Shown here: piece after piece, positions 10,056 to 19,379 of the stretch
Layout: each line of letters opens with the position of its first letter
How positions within the stretch are numbered: the first letter of the stretch is position 1
Notes under the pieces: model-generated
Database searches by the model: none
What the model saw: the letters and a program-made list of their open reading frames with translations, nothing else
Told to the model about the DNA's origin: nothing
Translations under genes and position numbers: made by a program
From: Bacillota bacterium
GTDB taxonomy: Bacteria > Bacillota > Dethiobacteria > DTU022 > UBA8154
Direction: 5' to 3'
DNA: 58,424 bases
Assembly (NCBI GenBank): GCA_012520035.1
Contig: JAAYOY010000233.1
Coordinates: 1-58,424 of the forward strand

Positions 10056-10888
10056 AAAAAATAATTCTTTTCAGCATTAAGGGTACCACGTTTTCCTTAA
10101 TTGCTGTATTAGTCATGACCGGCTGTTTGGCTTTTAATATTAGAGATAACTATAATCGCCAGAAGTACGGTGTTTCCCGGGGAGTGTATCTTGGAGATAC
10201 TTTGTTGGAAAAAATGTTGGAACATGAAGTAATCGATTACGTTCTCTCCCTGAGCCGGGATAATTTTGTTCGCCCCCGAAACGCTTATCTGGATTCTTCT
10301 ACCGGCGTGATCCTTCCGGAGGTCTATGGTAAAAAGATTGACATTCAGGCAACAGTAAAGATGATTATGGAAGCGGATCCCTTTACCAATCTTGACCCCG
10401 TGTATATCGAACTTGATCCGGAAATTACCGCAGATGTTTACAATAAAATCAACAAGAGAATAGGTTCTTTTATGACTGGTTTCGGCGGAGGCAACAGGGG
10501 AGAAAATATTAGACTGGCAGCATACCTTATTAACAATACTCTGGTTGCCCCGGGAGAGGTATTTTCATTTAACAAGACAACAACGCCCAGAAAGAGCGAT
10601 AAGAGAGATTATCGCCTGGCCCCTATTATTGTCGGAGGTTCTATCGTTCCCGGTTACGGGGGAGGGATCTGTCAGGTTGCAACTACATTATATAATGCTG
10701 TAAAAAATGCCGGCCTGGAGATAGTTGAACGCCATCCCCACAGCAGACCGGTTGGTTATGTCCCCAGAGGTATGGATGCTACGGTATCGTATCACCTCGA
10801 CTTTAAATTTCGAAACAACAAAGACCGTTTTATCAAGGTTAAAGCAGCGGATTGGGGGTATCGCCTTGTAGTGGAAATATGGGAATGA
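10052..10888 (+). CDS. VanW family protein
   Basis: N-terminal TM segment. VanW core GGGICQVATTLYNAVKNAGLEIVERHPHS. ATGA overlap with the upstream gene. Confidence 0.85.
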   Translation: MKKIILFSIKGTTFSLIAVLVMTGCLAFNIRDNYNRQKYGVSRGVYLGDTLLEKMLEHEVIDYVLSLSRDNFVRPRNAYLDSSTGVILPEVYGKKIDIQATVKMIMEADPFTNLDPVYIELDPEITADVYNKINKRIGSFMTGFGGGNRGENIRLAAYLINNTLVAPGEVFSFNKTTTPRKSDKRDYRLAPIIVGGSIVPGYGGGICQVATTLYNAVKNAGLEIVERHPHSRPVGYVPRGMDATVSYHLDFKFRNNKDRFIKVKAADWGYRLVVEIWE

Positions 10889-10998
10889 TCTGCCAAAAAA
10901 ATAATGCTAAAAACCCGGCCGCAATTTGCTTCACTGTAGTATTATCTCGGATTCTGTTGCCCGCGCTTCTTGGAACAACCAGAAACAGTTGTTGCCTG

Positions 10999-11655
10999 TT
11001 ATTCCTTCGATGCTAAAAGGATGATATTTTCAATACGCACATGCAGCCCATAGCTTTTTTGTAATAACATGTTAACTATACCGGTATGGTTAATTGACAT
11101 CATGCAAAAACCCGGCAGAAAAATTGACCGGCAACCGAAGGAAGGCTCTTTCTTTATCCGGGCAGCGATCCCCTCAAAACCGATCATATGATAAGCAACA
11201 ACATCCTTGCATTCATATTCCCGGGAATACTTTGGACCCACAACCCAGGTGTAGAGCAAGCCGGTAACGTTTTCAGCTTTAATAACCTTTAACACATGGG
11301 GGATGGGACACCCTGCCCCCATAGGCCGGCCTGTAACATAATCCCCTTCGCTTATCTTCATTTTTTCTACTATATCTCCTCTGAAGGGGAGGACAATTTT
11401 GCGGGCGGATATTTCCCCCGGTAAAGGTTCAAGGATAAAATCATAAGGATTCCCCAGGATGTCCTTTTCAGGATATTCGGCGTCCATGATGAAATCGTGA
11501 TCCGGCCCTTCACTTAATAACGGGTCATAGAAATAGGGACAATCCGTATAGTCCTTCTTCCCTTCGCCTGCCATACGTACAAAGTTTTTACAATTTTTTT
11601 CACCACAGAGCCCGCAGTTTTTGCCTGGAGGCAGCCAGTATTTTTTTTTGTACAC
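10999..11655 (-). CDS. Cys-rich Fe-S domain protein (N-terminal RnfB/CdhE-type putative Fe-S motif)
   Basis: 218 aa with a GTG start 2 nt after the stop of the upstream gene (TAAAAGTG). N-terminus LPPGKNCGLCGEKNCKNF resembles the Pfam PF04060-type CxxCxxxxC motif. Further Cys lie in DCPYF, GAGCPIPH, ECKD, FGCRS and GFCMM. Confidence 0.6.
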   Translation of the reverse strand: MYKKKYWLPPGKNCGLCGEKNCKNFVRMAGEGKKDYTDCPYFYDPLLSEGPDHDFIMDAEYPEKDILGNPYDFILEPLPGEISARKIVLPFRGDIVEKMKISEGDYVTGRPMGAGCPIPHVLKVIKAENVTGLLYTWVVGPKYSREYECKDVVAYHMIGFEGIAARIKKEPSFGCRSIFLPGFCMMSINHTGIVNMLLQKSYGLHVRIENIILLASKE

Positions 11656-11657
11656 TT

Positions 11658-12368
11658 TTATTCACCCCGGTAAAGATATTCAGCGATCTGGCCGTCCAGC
11701 TTTTGCACAACGCCAAAATGATGTTTCCAGCCTACTTCCTTCTTCCCCACGCAAATAGTGCAGGTGCCCAGAGGCGGATTCCCCTTAAGCATCAGTTTAT
11801 CACGGTCGATATCACGGGATTTTATAATCAGGTCATATAAACGGTTTAGAGAATTGCCTTGCAGCGCATTTGTTTCCATAAGAATGATTCTAGTATGTAC
11901 TTCTTTGATTTTTTGGATCAGCACTTCCCTTTCTGCCTGACTTACGAGATCTATCTTGGTGATAACGGCAATATCAGCCAGGCTAACCATAGCACCCATT
12001 TTTTCGGGAGCATGGATGCCTGAAATGGAACTGAGGACGATAATTCCCAGCCCCTGATTTAAATACGGTGAACAGCGCAAGCACAAGCCGGCACTTTCGA
12101 CAATTAAAAGCTCGGCAGCGTTTTTCTGCCCCCATTCAACAGCGTCTCCCAGCACCATCACTCCGGCGTGATCCGGACACAGGTCTCCTGAATAAAATTT
12201 TTTGGTTAGAATGCCAAATTCTTTTTTTAGTTCCAGATCCTCAAATGCTTTTACAACATCAATTTTTAAGAAAGCTATGGTCAATTCATCTTTAAACCTT
12301 TTTACGATCTGTTTGGCAAGAGATGTTTTGCCGGCTGATGGGGGGCCGGCAATAATGACCAGTTTCAT
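11658..12368 (-). CDS. G3E-family-like P-loop NTPase (HypB/UreG/CobW-type metallochaperone-like)
   Basis: Walker A GPPSAGKT. LLIVESAGLCLRC is comparable to HypB ENVGNLVC. TKID resembles NKxD. Extra Cys/His sites are CPDH and C-terminal CTIC. SD GGATGGTG lies upstream. Confidence 0.6.
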   Translation of the reverse strand: MKLVIIAGPPSAGKTSLAKQIVKRFKDELTIAFLKIDVVKAFEDLELKKEFGILTKKFYSGDLCPDHAGVMVLGDAVEWGQKNAAELLIVESAGLCLRCSPYLNQGLGIIVLSSISGIHAPEKMGAMVSLADIAVITKIDLVSQAEREVLIQKIKEVHTRIILMETNALQGNSLNRLYDLIIKSRDIDRDKLMLKGNPPLGTCTICVGKKEVGWKHHFGVVQKLDGQIAEYLYRGE

Positions 12369-12389
12369 TTATAGTTCACCATCCTATCG

Positions 12390-13169
12390 TCAGGCATAAT
12401 TAACGGCGGGAAGATCAAATGTTATTGATTTTCCCGCTCTTAGTTCTTCCCTGATTGTGCCAATTTTCTTATCCAATTCCAAAAGGCTCTGGGCGGCCCT
12501 TATCTCAGGTTCATTCTGGTACAAGACTTTTTTGACAGCGCCGTTTTCCATAATGATCCGTGTTTTTGTAAGTAAAGCGATTACGGGATCATGGGTAACA
12601 AAAACAACCATCTTGCCGGCTTTATGAATGAGATTTACCACTTCCTGTTTAAAAATACCGGCATTTTCAATCTCGTCCAGCAAAATAATCGGGGATGCAC
12701 CCACCATAATGGCATCAGCTATTAAGAGGGATCTGGTTTGCCCTCCGGAAAGCACAGTAACTCTGGTATCTTTTTTTATCTTTTCACCGGTGAAATTGTT
12801 CGCCAGATCAATAGTTTTTTGGATCACCTGCTTATCATAAATCTTTCGTGCCCGTGCATGGATCTGTAAAAACTCTTCGGTTGTTAAATCCGCAAAACAT
12901 TTCGTATTCTGTGTTATCATAACTATAGGTTTCATGGCAGGGTTGAACCTGATTTCATCCGAAGGCACCTCTCCATTAACAAAAATTCGCCGTTTTGTGG
13001 ACGTATCACCCTGCGCCAGCAATTCAATATCGGAAATAAGGGCCGTTTTTCCGCTTCCTGTCGGCCCGACAATTGAAACAGTATCTCCTGCTTTTAATTT
13101 AATGTATGTATACTGTTCTTTGCATCCATTCTTATCAAACCCGGGTAAAATTGTAATATCAAAGATCAT
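12390..13169 (-). CDS. Soluble ABC-type ATPase with no permease partner
   Basis: Walker A GPTGSGKT, Q-loop ITQNT, signature LSGGQ, Walker B ILLDE, H-loop VTHD. Strong SD TAGGAGGGG. No membrane or binding-protein gene lies adjacent. Confidence 0.8.
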   Translation of the reverse strand: MIFDITILPGFDKNGCKEQYTYIKLKAGDTVSIVGPTGSGKTALISDIELLAQGDTSTKRRIFVNGEVPSDEIRFNPAMKPIVMITQNTKCFADLTTEEFLQIHARARKIYDKQVIQKTIDLANNFTGEKIKKDTRVTVLSGGQTRSLLIADAIMVGASPIILLDEIENAGIFKQEVVNLIHKAGKMVVFVTHDPVIALLTKTRIIMENGAVKKVLYQNEPEIRAAQSLLELDKKIGTIREELRAGKSITFDLPAVNYA

Positions 13170-13268
13170 CTTTTGCCCCTCCTATTAGATTATCTAGCAG
13201 TCTAATTTATTCAATAGCCCGGTAAATAGTTACAACAGGGATCTCCGGACTGTGATTTGCTGTTTGTA

Positions 13269-13297
13269 TTGACAAAAAGCAATAAACTGAATAGAGT
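13269..13297 (+). promoter_or_regulatory. Sigma-A type promoter upstream of dut
   Basis: TTGACA (13269-13274), 17-nt spacer, TAGAGT (13292-13297). Confidence 0.5.
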
Positions 13298-13357
13298 ACT
13301 AAATAGTAAAAAGCCTAATATAAAGGTTTAACATGTTGGATCGGGAAGGTGAAACCG

Positions 13358-13810
13358 TTGAAAGAAATAAAGATCTTGTTTAAAAAATTGGAGCACGCAA
13401 AAGATCTTCCGCTGCCCGCATATGCAAGCGAAGAAGCTTCGGGGCTGGATCTTCACGCGGCAGTGGAAAAGGATGTCTTGATTGGCCCGGGTGAGTTCAA
13501 GCTAATTCCGACCGGAATAGCCATGGCGTTACCACCGGGATATGAAGGACAAATCAGGCCCAGAAGCGGGCTGGCCTTAAAATACGGTCTGACCATATTA
13601 AATGCACCGGGTACTATTGACGCCGATTACAGGGGTGAAATTCAGGTAATATTAATCAACCTTGGCAGGGAAGAATATCTTATTCAAAGAGGTGAACGTA
13701 TAGCACAGCTGGTTGTTAATGAATTGACCAGGGTAAATATAATTGCAGTTGAAAATTTGCCCCCTTCACAAAGAGGCGACGGAGGCTTTGGCCACAGCGG
13801 GAAATTCTAA
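13358..13810 (+). CDS. dut: dUTP diphosphatase
   Basis: Motifs [23 protein letters not shown] and C-terminal [10 protein letters not shown]. The ORF opens at GTG 13349, but TTG 13358 is better spaced from GGGAAGG. Confidence 0.9.
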   Translation: MKEIKILFKKLEHAKDLPLPAYASEEASGLDLHAAVEKDVLIGPGEFKLIPTGIAMALPPGYEGQIRPRSGLALKYGLTILNAPGTIDADYRGEIQVILINLGREEYLIQRGERIAQLVVNELTRVNIIAVENLPPSQRGDGGFGHSGKF

Positions 13811-13927
13811 CCGGTTACACGGTTAAAAAGGCCTTGTTCCCTGCATAGCATAGGGGATGCATAGAAGAAAACGCCTTGGAAATAATATAATTATTGCAGT
13901 GACAATTATAATGAGGAGGTTATGATT

Positions 13928-14425
13928 ATGGCAAAAGCTGTAATTGGCGTTTTCCGCAGCGAAAACCACGCCAGAGAAGCGATTGATGAGCTAAAAAGAA
14001 ATGGTTTTGATGAAAGGGAAATTTCTCTGGTTGCAAAAGATAATAAAGGACAGGGAAACAGGGGAAATTTAGAATCCGAACAACGCTTAACAATGGAAGA
14101 TCAAAATCTGAGCGAAGGGATGTTTACAGGTAGTGCGCTCGGCGGTATTGCCGGACTGCTTGCCGGTGCAGGGGCTTTGCTTATTCCCGGTGTAGGTCCG
14201 ATCATTGCAGCCGGTCCTTTGGCGGCTTTTCTCACCGGCGTTGTGGGTGGCGGCCTTGCCGGCGGCCTCGTAGATTTTGGCATTCCTGAAGAAAGGGGCC
14301 GTTATTTTGAAGAGAGAGTAAAAAAAGGAGATATCCTGGTTACTCTTAAGGCAAATGATGATGAGGTTTCGGAAATTGCTTCTATTTTAGAAAATAATGG
14401 TGCAGAAGACGTAGAGTTCCACTAA
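13928..14425 (+). CDS. General-stress-protein-like membrane protein (YflT/GSP17M-like N-domain plus glycine-zipper segment)
   Basis: AVIGVFRSENHAREAIDELKRNGF, then the Gly-zipper hydrophobic stretch GSALGGIAGLLAGAGALLIPGVGPIIAAGPLAAFLTGVVGGGLAGGL. ATG 13928 lies 8 nt after GGAGG; ATG 13922 is too close. Confidence 0.6.
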   Translation: MAKAVIGVFRSENHAREAIDELKRNGFDEREISLVAKDNKGQGNRGNLESEQRLTMEDQNLSEGMFTGSALGGIAGLLAGAGALLIPGVGPIIAAGPLAAFLTGVVGGGLAGGLVDFGIPEERGRYFEERVKKGDILVTLKANDDEVSEIASILENNGAEDVEFH

Positions 14426-14518
14426 TGCATAAGAAAATTTACCGGTTAACCCAAGCATAATTGGGTTCGTCCTTGGTGATCTTTTTGAAGAATTGCAGGG
14501 CAGGTAGCGCTGCTAATA

Positions 14519-14550
14519 AAACGTGCCATTAAAATTGGCGCGTTTTTCTT
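14519..14550 (+). terminator. Rho-independent terminator
   Basis: 10-bp stem AAACGTGCCA / TGGCGCGTTT (one G-U pair), 7-nt loop, T-rich tail. Confidence 0.55.
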
Positions 14551-14559
14551 TAGCCCGTT

Positions 14560-14588
14560 CACATAATTATCTGCAACCTCATATGATA
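14560..14588 (+). promoter_or_regulatory. Sigma-K-like sporulation promoter upstream of dpaAB
   Basis: cAC (14560-14562), 17-nt spacer, CATATGATA (14580-14588). This matches the AC-N16/17-CATAnnnTA pattern. B. subtilis spoVF is sigma-K dependent. Confidence 0.4.
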
Positions 14589-14629
14589 ATAAAAAATGAG
14601 GAGATCCATTATAAAGGAGGTGCAAGTAA

Positions 14630-15550
14630 TTGGACGTTATCCTCTTAGGGCTGAATATTCTGATAATAGGCGGGGATAGAAGGGAAGTAGAGCTCTACCT
14701 TCATTTGAAAAAAATTGGGGCCAATGTTCACTTATACGGGTTTGAAAAGTACCCGCATTTAGAAAATATCTCTGTTAGTGATAATTTGATCGCATCAATC
14801 AAGCTTTCGCAAGTAATTATAACACCACTTATGGGCATTGATGCGAATGGAGAGATATATACCCCTTATGCAAAAGAAAAAGTCTATCTAAATGAGCAGA
14901 ATATTTTACGGGCTATTAATCCAAGAACATTATTAATTGCCGGTCATATCTGGCCTGCGTTAAAAGAAATATTAATCCAAAATAATATACTGGTTTGCGA
15001 AACAAGGGAAATGGATGAAATATCGGTCCCCGGTGCCATACCGACTGCCGAGGGTGCGATACAGGTTGCCATGGAAAATACAGAGAGTACAATCCATAAC
15101 AGCAATGTTCTGGTTCTTGGCTATGGACGCTGTGGTTCAATATTAGCCCATACCTTAAAAGCCCTGGGAGCCGAAGTAACTGTTGCAGTCCGGAGAAAAA
15201 AAGTGCTTTCCTGGATTGAAGCCTACAAGATGAAGCCTTTACCACTGAATTCTTTGGCGGAGGAAATCGGAAAATTCGATATAATATTTAATACTATTCC
15301 TGCCCTTGTTTTGGATGCTGAAGTTCTTTACCGCGTTAAAAAAAGCACTCTAATTTTGGATATCGCTACTTCTCCGGGGGGGGTTGATTTTGCAGCAGCT
15401 GAAAGATTGCATATCCAGGCAATCTCCCTGCCGGGTTTACCGGGGAAGGTTGCACCGAAAACAGCAGCAAATATTTTATGTAAGGTTTACCCGGACATAA
15501 TCGTCTCCTCATTGAAAAGAGGTGATAAGCATGAGCCTTCAAGGGATTAA
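14630..15550 (+). CDS. dpaA: Dipicolinate synthase subunit A
   Basis: 306 aa with a TTG start 7 nt after AGGAGGTG. Rossmann-type VLVLGYGRCGS. Directly precedes and overlaps dpaB. Confidence 0.88.
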   Translation: MDVILLGLNILIIGGDRREVELYLHLKKIGANVHLYGFEKYPHLENISVSDNLIASIKLSQVIITPLMGIDANGEIYTPYAKEKVYLNEQNILRAINPRTLLIAGHIWPALKEILIQNNILVCETREMDEISVPGAIPTAEGAIQVAMENTESTIHNSNVLVLGYGRCGSILAHTLKALGAEVTVAVRRKKVLSWIEAYKMKPLPLNSLAEEIGKFDIIFNTIPALVLDAEVLYRVKKSTLILDIATSPGGVDFAAAERLHIQAISLPGLPGKVAPKTAANILCKVYPDIIVSSLKRGDKHEPSRD

Positions 15551-16172
15551 AATAGGCCTGGCGATAACCGGTTCACATTGCACAATGGATAAAATGTTCG
15601 TTCAGTTGGAAAACCTGCAATCGGCAGGGGCATTAATTTATCCAATAATATCTCCTGCCGTCCGGAATACGAGTACTCGTTATGGAGAGGCAAAGATGCT
15701 AAAAGAAAGGGTAGAGGCAATTACCGGAAATACTATTATTGAAGAAATTGTCGACGCGGAACCGATTGGACCTCAGAAACTTTTTGATGTAATTGTCATA
15801 GCCCCCTGCACGGGCAATACCCTTGCCAAGCTCGCTAACGGAATAAGCGATACCGCCGTATTGATGGCGGCAAAAGCACAGCTAAGAAACCAGCGGCCAG
15901 TAGTACTGAGCATAGCTACAAATGACGGCCTGGGAATAAATGCTAAAAACATCGGGATCTTGCTGGCTACAAAAAATATTTTTATGGTACCTTTCGGACA
16001 GGATGACCCCGTAGGAAAACCTAATTCGCTTGTTTCTCAAATGGATCTGCTGCCGCTCACCATTGAAAAAGCGCTTAAAAAAGAACAGGTTCAGCCCCTT
16101 CTGGTTTGCATCCCCTCATCCTCCTTAAAGGAAGAAAAATTCATAGAGCAAAATAAATATTGTGGTAATTGA
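15531..16172 (+). CDS. dpaB: Dipicolinate synthase subunit B
   Basis: Flavoprotein-like IGLAITGSHCT and IAPCTGNTLAKLANGISDT. ATG 15531 lies 6 nt after GAGGTG. Confidence 0.9.
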   Translation: MSLQGIKIGLAITGSHCTMDKMFVQLENLQSAGALIYPIISPAVRNTSTRYGEAKMLKERVEAITGNTIIEEIVDAEPIGPQKLFDVIVIAPCTGNTLAKLANGISDTAVLMAAKAQLRNQRPVVLSIATNDGLGINAKNIGILLATKNIFMVPFGQDDPVGKPNSLVSQMDLLPLTIEKALKKEQVQPLLVCIPSSSLKEEKFIEQNKYCGN

Positions 16173-16229
16173 TCATCACTTTTTATTCTGATATAATGGC
16201 TAAGAAATATGGGATGGAGGTATTAGCCC

Positions 16230-17114
16230 ATGCAGAATACGTTTGGTTCTTTGCTTACAGCTATGATTACTCCTTTTGACAGGCAACAGCGTGTAAACTA
16301 CGAGCAAGTTGCTGAGCTGGCAAAACACCTGGCAGACCGGGGTTCTGATGGTCTGGTTATTACGGGTACAACCGGGGAATCCCCCGCTCTTTCAAATGAA
16401 GAAAAATTTCGTATTTATGATACCGTGGTGAGGGCAGTCAAGGGGAAGACCAAAATCATTGCCGGTACCGGTTGCAATTCAACCCTGGCGACAATTGAAA
16501 CTAGCAAAAAAGCTGAGGAAATAGGCGTAGATGGGCTGATGCTGGTTGTTCCCTATTATAATAAGCCGCCTCAGGAAGGTCTCTACTTACATTTTAAAAG
16601 TGTAGCCAATGCTGTATCGCTACCGATAATGTTATATAATGTTCCCGGTAGAACAGCAGTTAATCTTTCAGCGGCAACAACCTTGAAATTGGCGGAGATT
16701 GATAATATTGTTGCCGTAAAAGAAGCCAGCGGTAATCTGGAACAGATTACATATATCTGCAGGGAAGCTCCCGAAGGTTTTGACGTATACAGCGGTGACG
16801 ATTCCCTGACTCTTCCTGTTTTAAGTGTCGGCGGAAAAGGAGTGGTCAGCGTTGCTTCTCATCTTGTTGGATTGGAGATGAAAGCAATGATTGATGCTTT
16901 TTTTGAAGGGAAGATTGAGGAAGCAGTAAAAAAACACCAGTTTTTAATGCCTTTGTTTAAGGCTTTGTTTGTTATGGCCAATCCAATTCCGGTAAAGGCT
17001 GCTCTCAATATGGCCGGTATCGATGCGGGAAGGACCAGATTGCCGCTAAGCGATATGCCGGAGGAAATGGCAGCGGATTTGCTTGACTTGCTGAAAAACT
17101 ATGGAATTGTATGA
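16230..17114 (+). CDS. dapA: 4-hydroxy-tetrahydrodipicolinate synthase
   Basis: Motifs TGTTGES, YNVPGRT and the active-site Lys context AVKEASG. Confidence 0.95.
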   Translation: MQNTFGSLLTAMITPFDRQQRVNYEQVAELAKHLADRGSDGLVITGTTGESPALSNEEKFRIYDTVVRAVKGKTKIIAGTGCNSTLATIETSKKAEEIGVDGLMLVVPYYNKPPQEGLYLHFKSVANAVSLPIMLYNVPGRTAVNLSAATTLKLAEIDNIVAVKEASGNLEQITYICREAPEGFDVYSGDDSLTLPVLSVGGKGVVSVASHLVGLEMKAMIDAFFEGKIEEAVKKHQFLMPLFKALFVMANPIPVKAALNMAGIDAGRTRLPLSDMPEEMAADLLDLLKNYGIV

Positions 17115-17137
17115 AAGTAATATCCCGTTCTTTCTTT

Positions 17138-17165
17138 AATGCTCCTTTTAAAGGGGCATTTTTTA
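17138..17165 (+). terminator. Rho-independent terminator after dapA
   Basis: Stem AATGCTCC / GGGGCATT (one G-U pair), 7-nt loop, then TTTT. Confidence 0.55.
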
Positions 17166-17228
17166 ATTTGCTCTTACTAATTATTTAAAGTATAATAATA
17201 ATAATTTTAAAGGAACGGAAAATATGGT

Positions 17229-18938
17229 TTGAAAGAGAGGTGCTATTTTTTTTTGCGAAACAAAGAAAAACAAAAAAAAGAGGCAGACAAACTTTTCATT
17301 ATTCCACTTGGCGGTATAGGCGAAATAGGGAAAAATATGTTTGCCATTAATTACGACCAGGATATTGTAATTCTGGACGCCGGCCTGATGTTTCCGGAAG
17401 AAGAGATGCTGGGGGTTGATATAGTAATACCGGATATTACTTATCTGATCGAAAATAAAAATAAGGTTAAAGCTATATTCCTTTCGCATGGTCATGAGGA
17501 TCATATCGGAGGATTACCTTATATTTTACCAAAGATTAACGTTCCGGTTTATGGAACAAAGCTTACGCTGGGTTTATTGAGAATTAAATTGGAAGAGTTC
17601 GGGTTGCTTCATAATACGACATTAATCGAAATTAAGCCCGGTGATGTAATTGAAACCGGCCGGATAAAAGTGAGCTTTTTTACTACAAATCACAGTATTC
17701 CGGATTCCGTTGGCATTGTATTAAACACTCCTGTGGGCAATGTAGTGTATACGAGTGATTTTAAGTTTGATCATACTCCGGTACAGGGGAAAATAACTGA
17801 TTTCCATACCCTTGCTGAAATCGGTAAAGAAGGTGTACTGGTCGCATTATCGGATAGTACCAATGCCGAGCGTCCGGGTTATACCCGTTCAGAAAGGGAA
17901 TTAGGTGAAAAATTAATTGATATCTTCAGCTCTGCTGAAGGAAGAATAATTGTCGTTACTTTTGCCTCCAATGTCCATCGTATTCAACAGATTGTAAACG
18001 CTGCCAATTTTTCCGGAAGAAAACTTGTTGTAGATGGTTGGAGCATGGTTAATGTTGTAGAAATTGCACAAAAGCTTGGCTATCTCAACATTCCAAGAGG
18101 CATGCTTATAGATATCGATGAGGTTAACAAGGTACCAAAGAGGCAGATAGCGATATTGACTACGGGTACCCAGGGAGAACCGATGTCTGCTCTTGCGAGG
18201 CTGGCTAACGCGAATCATAGAAAACTGGAAATCATACCCCAGGATACAGTAGTAATTGCTGCTACTCCTATACCTGGCAATGAAAAATTGGTTTCCAGGA
18301 CGATAGATAATCTTTTCCGGAGAGGTGCCCAGGTAGTATATGAGGCCGTCTCGGGTATCCACGTTTCCGGCCATGCCAGCCAGGAAGAGTTAAAACTAAT
18401 GCTTAATTTACTTCGTCCCCGTTATTTAATACCGGTTCATGGGGAATTCCGTCATCTGATTCATCATGCCGATCTGGCGCAAAGCCTCGGGATGGATAAA
18501 GAAAATATTTTTATCGTAGAAAATGGTGCCGTCATGGAATTTTCATCCTCCTCGGGGAGAGTGGCAACAACTGTTCAGGCAGGGGGGATCTATGTAGACG
18601 GACTCGGTGTCGGTGATGTGGGGAATATCGTGTTAAGGGACAGGAAGGTTCTATCCAAAGACGGTATTTTTATTGTGGTTATGATTATCGATACAAAGGA
18701 GAAACGGATAGTATCCGGTCCGGATATTGTATCCAGGGGATTTGTCTATGTAAAAGAATCCGAGGAGTTGTTGGAAGAAGCTAAAGAAAATGTATCCCTT
18801 GTTCTGGATTCATTATTGCAAAAGAAAATAAGCGATTGGCCTACTATTAAAAATACTATTAAAGATTCGGTAGGTAAGCTGCTCTGGGAGAAGACCGGCA
18901 GAAAGCCGATGATTTTGCCGATAATTATGGAAATCTGA
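17229..18938 (+). CDS. rnj: Ribonuclease J
   Basis: IIPLGGIGEIGKNM, metallo-beta-lactamase HGHEDHIGG, beta-CASP and RNase J C-terminal region. The start is ambiguous: TTG 17229 or in-frame TTG 17253, which lies downstream of GAGAGGTG. Confidence 0.93.
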   Translation: MKERCYFFLRNKEKQKKEADKLFIIPLGGIGEIGKNMFAINYDQDIVILDAGLMFPEEEMLGVDIVIPDITYLIENKNKVKAIFLSHGHEDHIGGLPYILPKINVPVYGTKLTLGLLRIKLEEFGLLHNTTLIEIKPGDVIETGRIKVSFFTTNHSIPDSVGIVLNTPVGNVVYTSDFKFDHTPVQGKITDFHTLAEIGKEGVLVALSDSTNAERPGYTRSERELGEKLIDIFSSAEGRIIVVTFASNVHRIQQIVNAANFSGRKLVVDGWSMVNVVEIAQKLGYLNIPRGMLIDIDEVNKVPKRQIAILTTGTQGEPMSALARLANANHRKLEIIPQDTVVIAATPIPGNEKLVSRTIDNLFRRGAQVVYEAVSGIHVSGHASQEELKLMLNLLRPRYLIPVHGEFRHLIHHADLAQSLGMDKENIFIVENGAVMEFSSSSGRVATTVQAGGIYVDGLGVGDVGNIVLRDRKVLSKDGIFIVVMIIDTKEKRIVSGPDIVSRGFVYVKESEELLEEAKENVSLVLDSLLQKKISDWPTIKNTIKDSVGKLLWEKTGRKPMILPIIMEI

Positions 18939-19019
18939 TCGTAAACATTTGGTAAACAATCGGCAAACATATGGAAAGAGAGAACCTTCGTTTTTTATTT
19001 CGAGAACAGGAGGATTTTA

Positions 19020-19379
19020 ATGGTTTTAACCCTGAACTGTAAAATCTGGGTAGAGAATAACGGCCAAAAAGTGTTCGGTGACGGCCCCTGTGAAATTTTG
19101 CAGAGAGTTAAGCATACCGGTTCTTTACGTATGGCTGCCACGGAGATGAATATGTCCTACAGCCAGGCGTGGAAACTTATCGATGATTTAGAGTCCAAAC
19201 TGGGTTTTACACTGCTTTATAAAAAGGCAGGGGGGCATTCAGGCGGCGGGTCCGTTCTAACTGAAAAAGGAGAAGACCTTGCAGAGACATATACCCAATT
19301 TCGGCGTGAAGCTCAAGAATCATTGGAAATAATATTTGAAAAGCATTTTATTCATAGAGGAGAAAAATGGACCCGTTAA
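19020..19379 (+). CDS. ModE N-terminal-domain-like winged-HTH regulator (no Mop domains)
   Basis: GSLRMAATEMNMSYSQAWKLIDDLESKLGFTLLYKKAGGHSGGGSVLTEKG parallels the ModE/LysR-type HTH segment. Only 119 aa. Confidence 0.65.
   Translation: MVLTLNCKIWVENNGQKVFGDGPCEILQRVKHTGSLRMAATEMNMSYSQAWKLIDDLESKLGFTLLYKKAGGHSGGGSVLTEKGEDLAETYTQFRREAQESLEIIFEKHFIHRGEKWTR

Noticed and set aside
17181-17504. 107-aa minus-strand ORF over the rnj start region
   Set aside because: It is antisense to the RNase J N-terminus and the AT-rich upstream region. The translation is Phe/Ile/Asn-rich with no signals.
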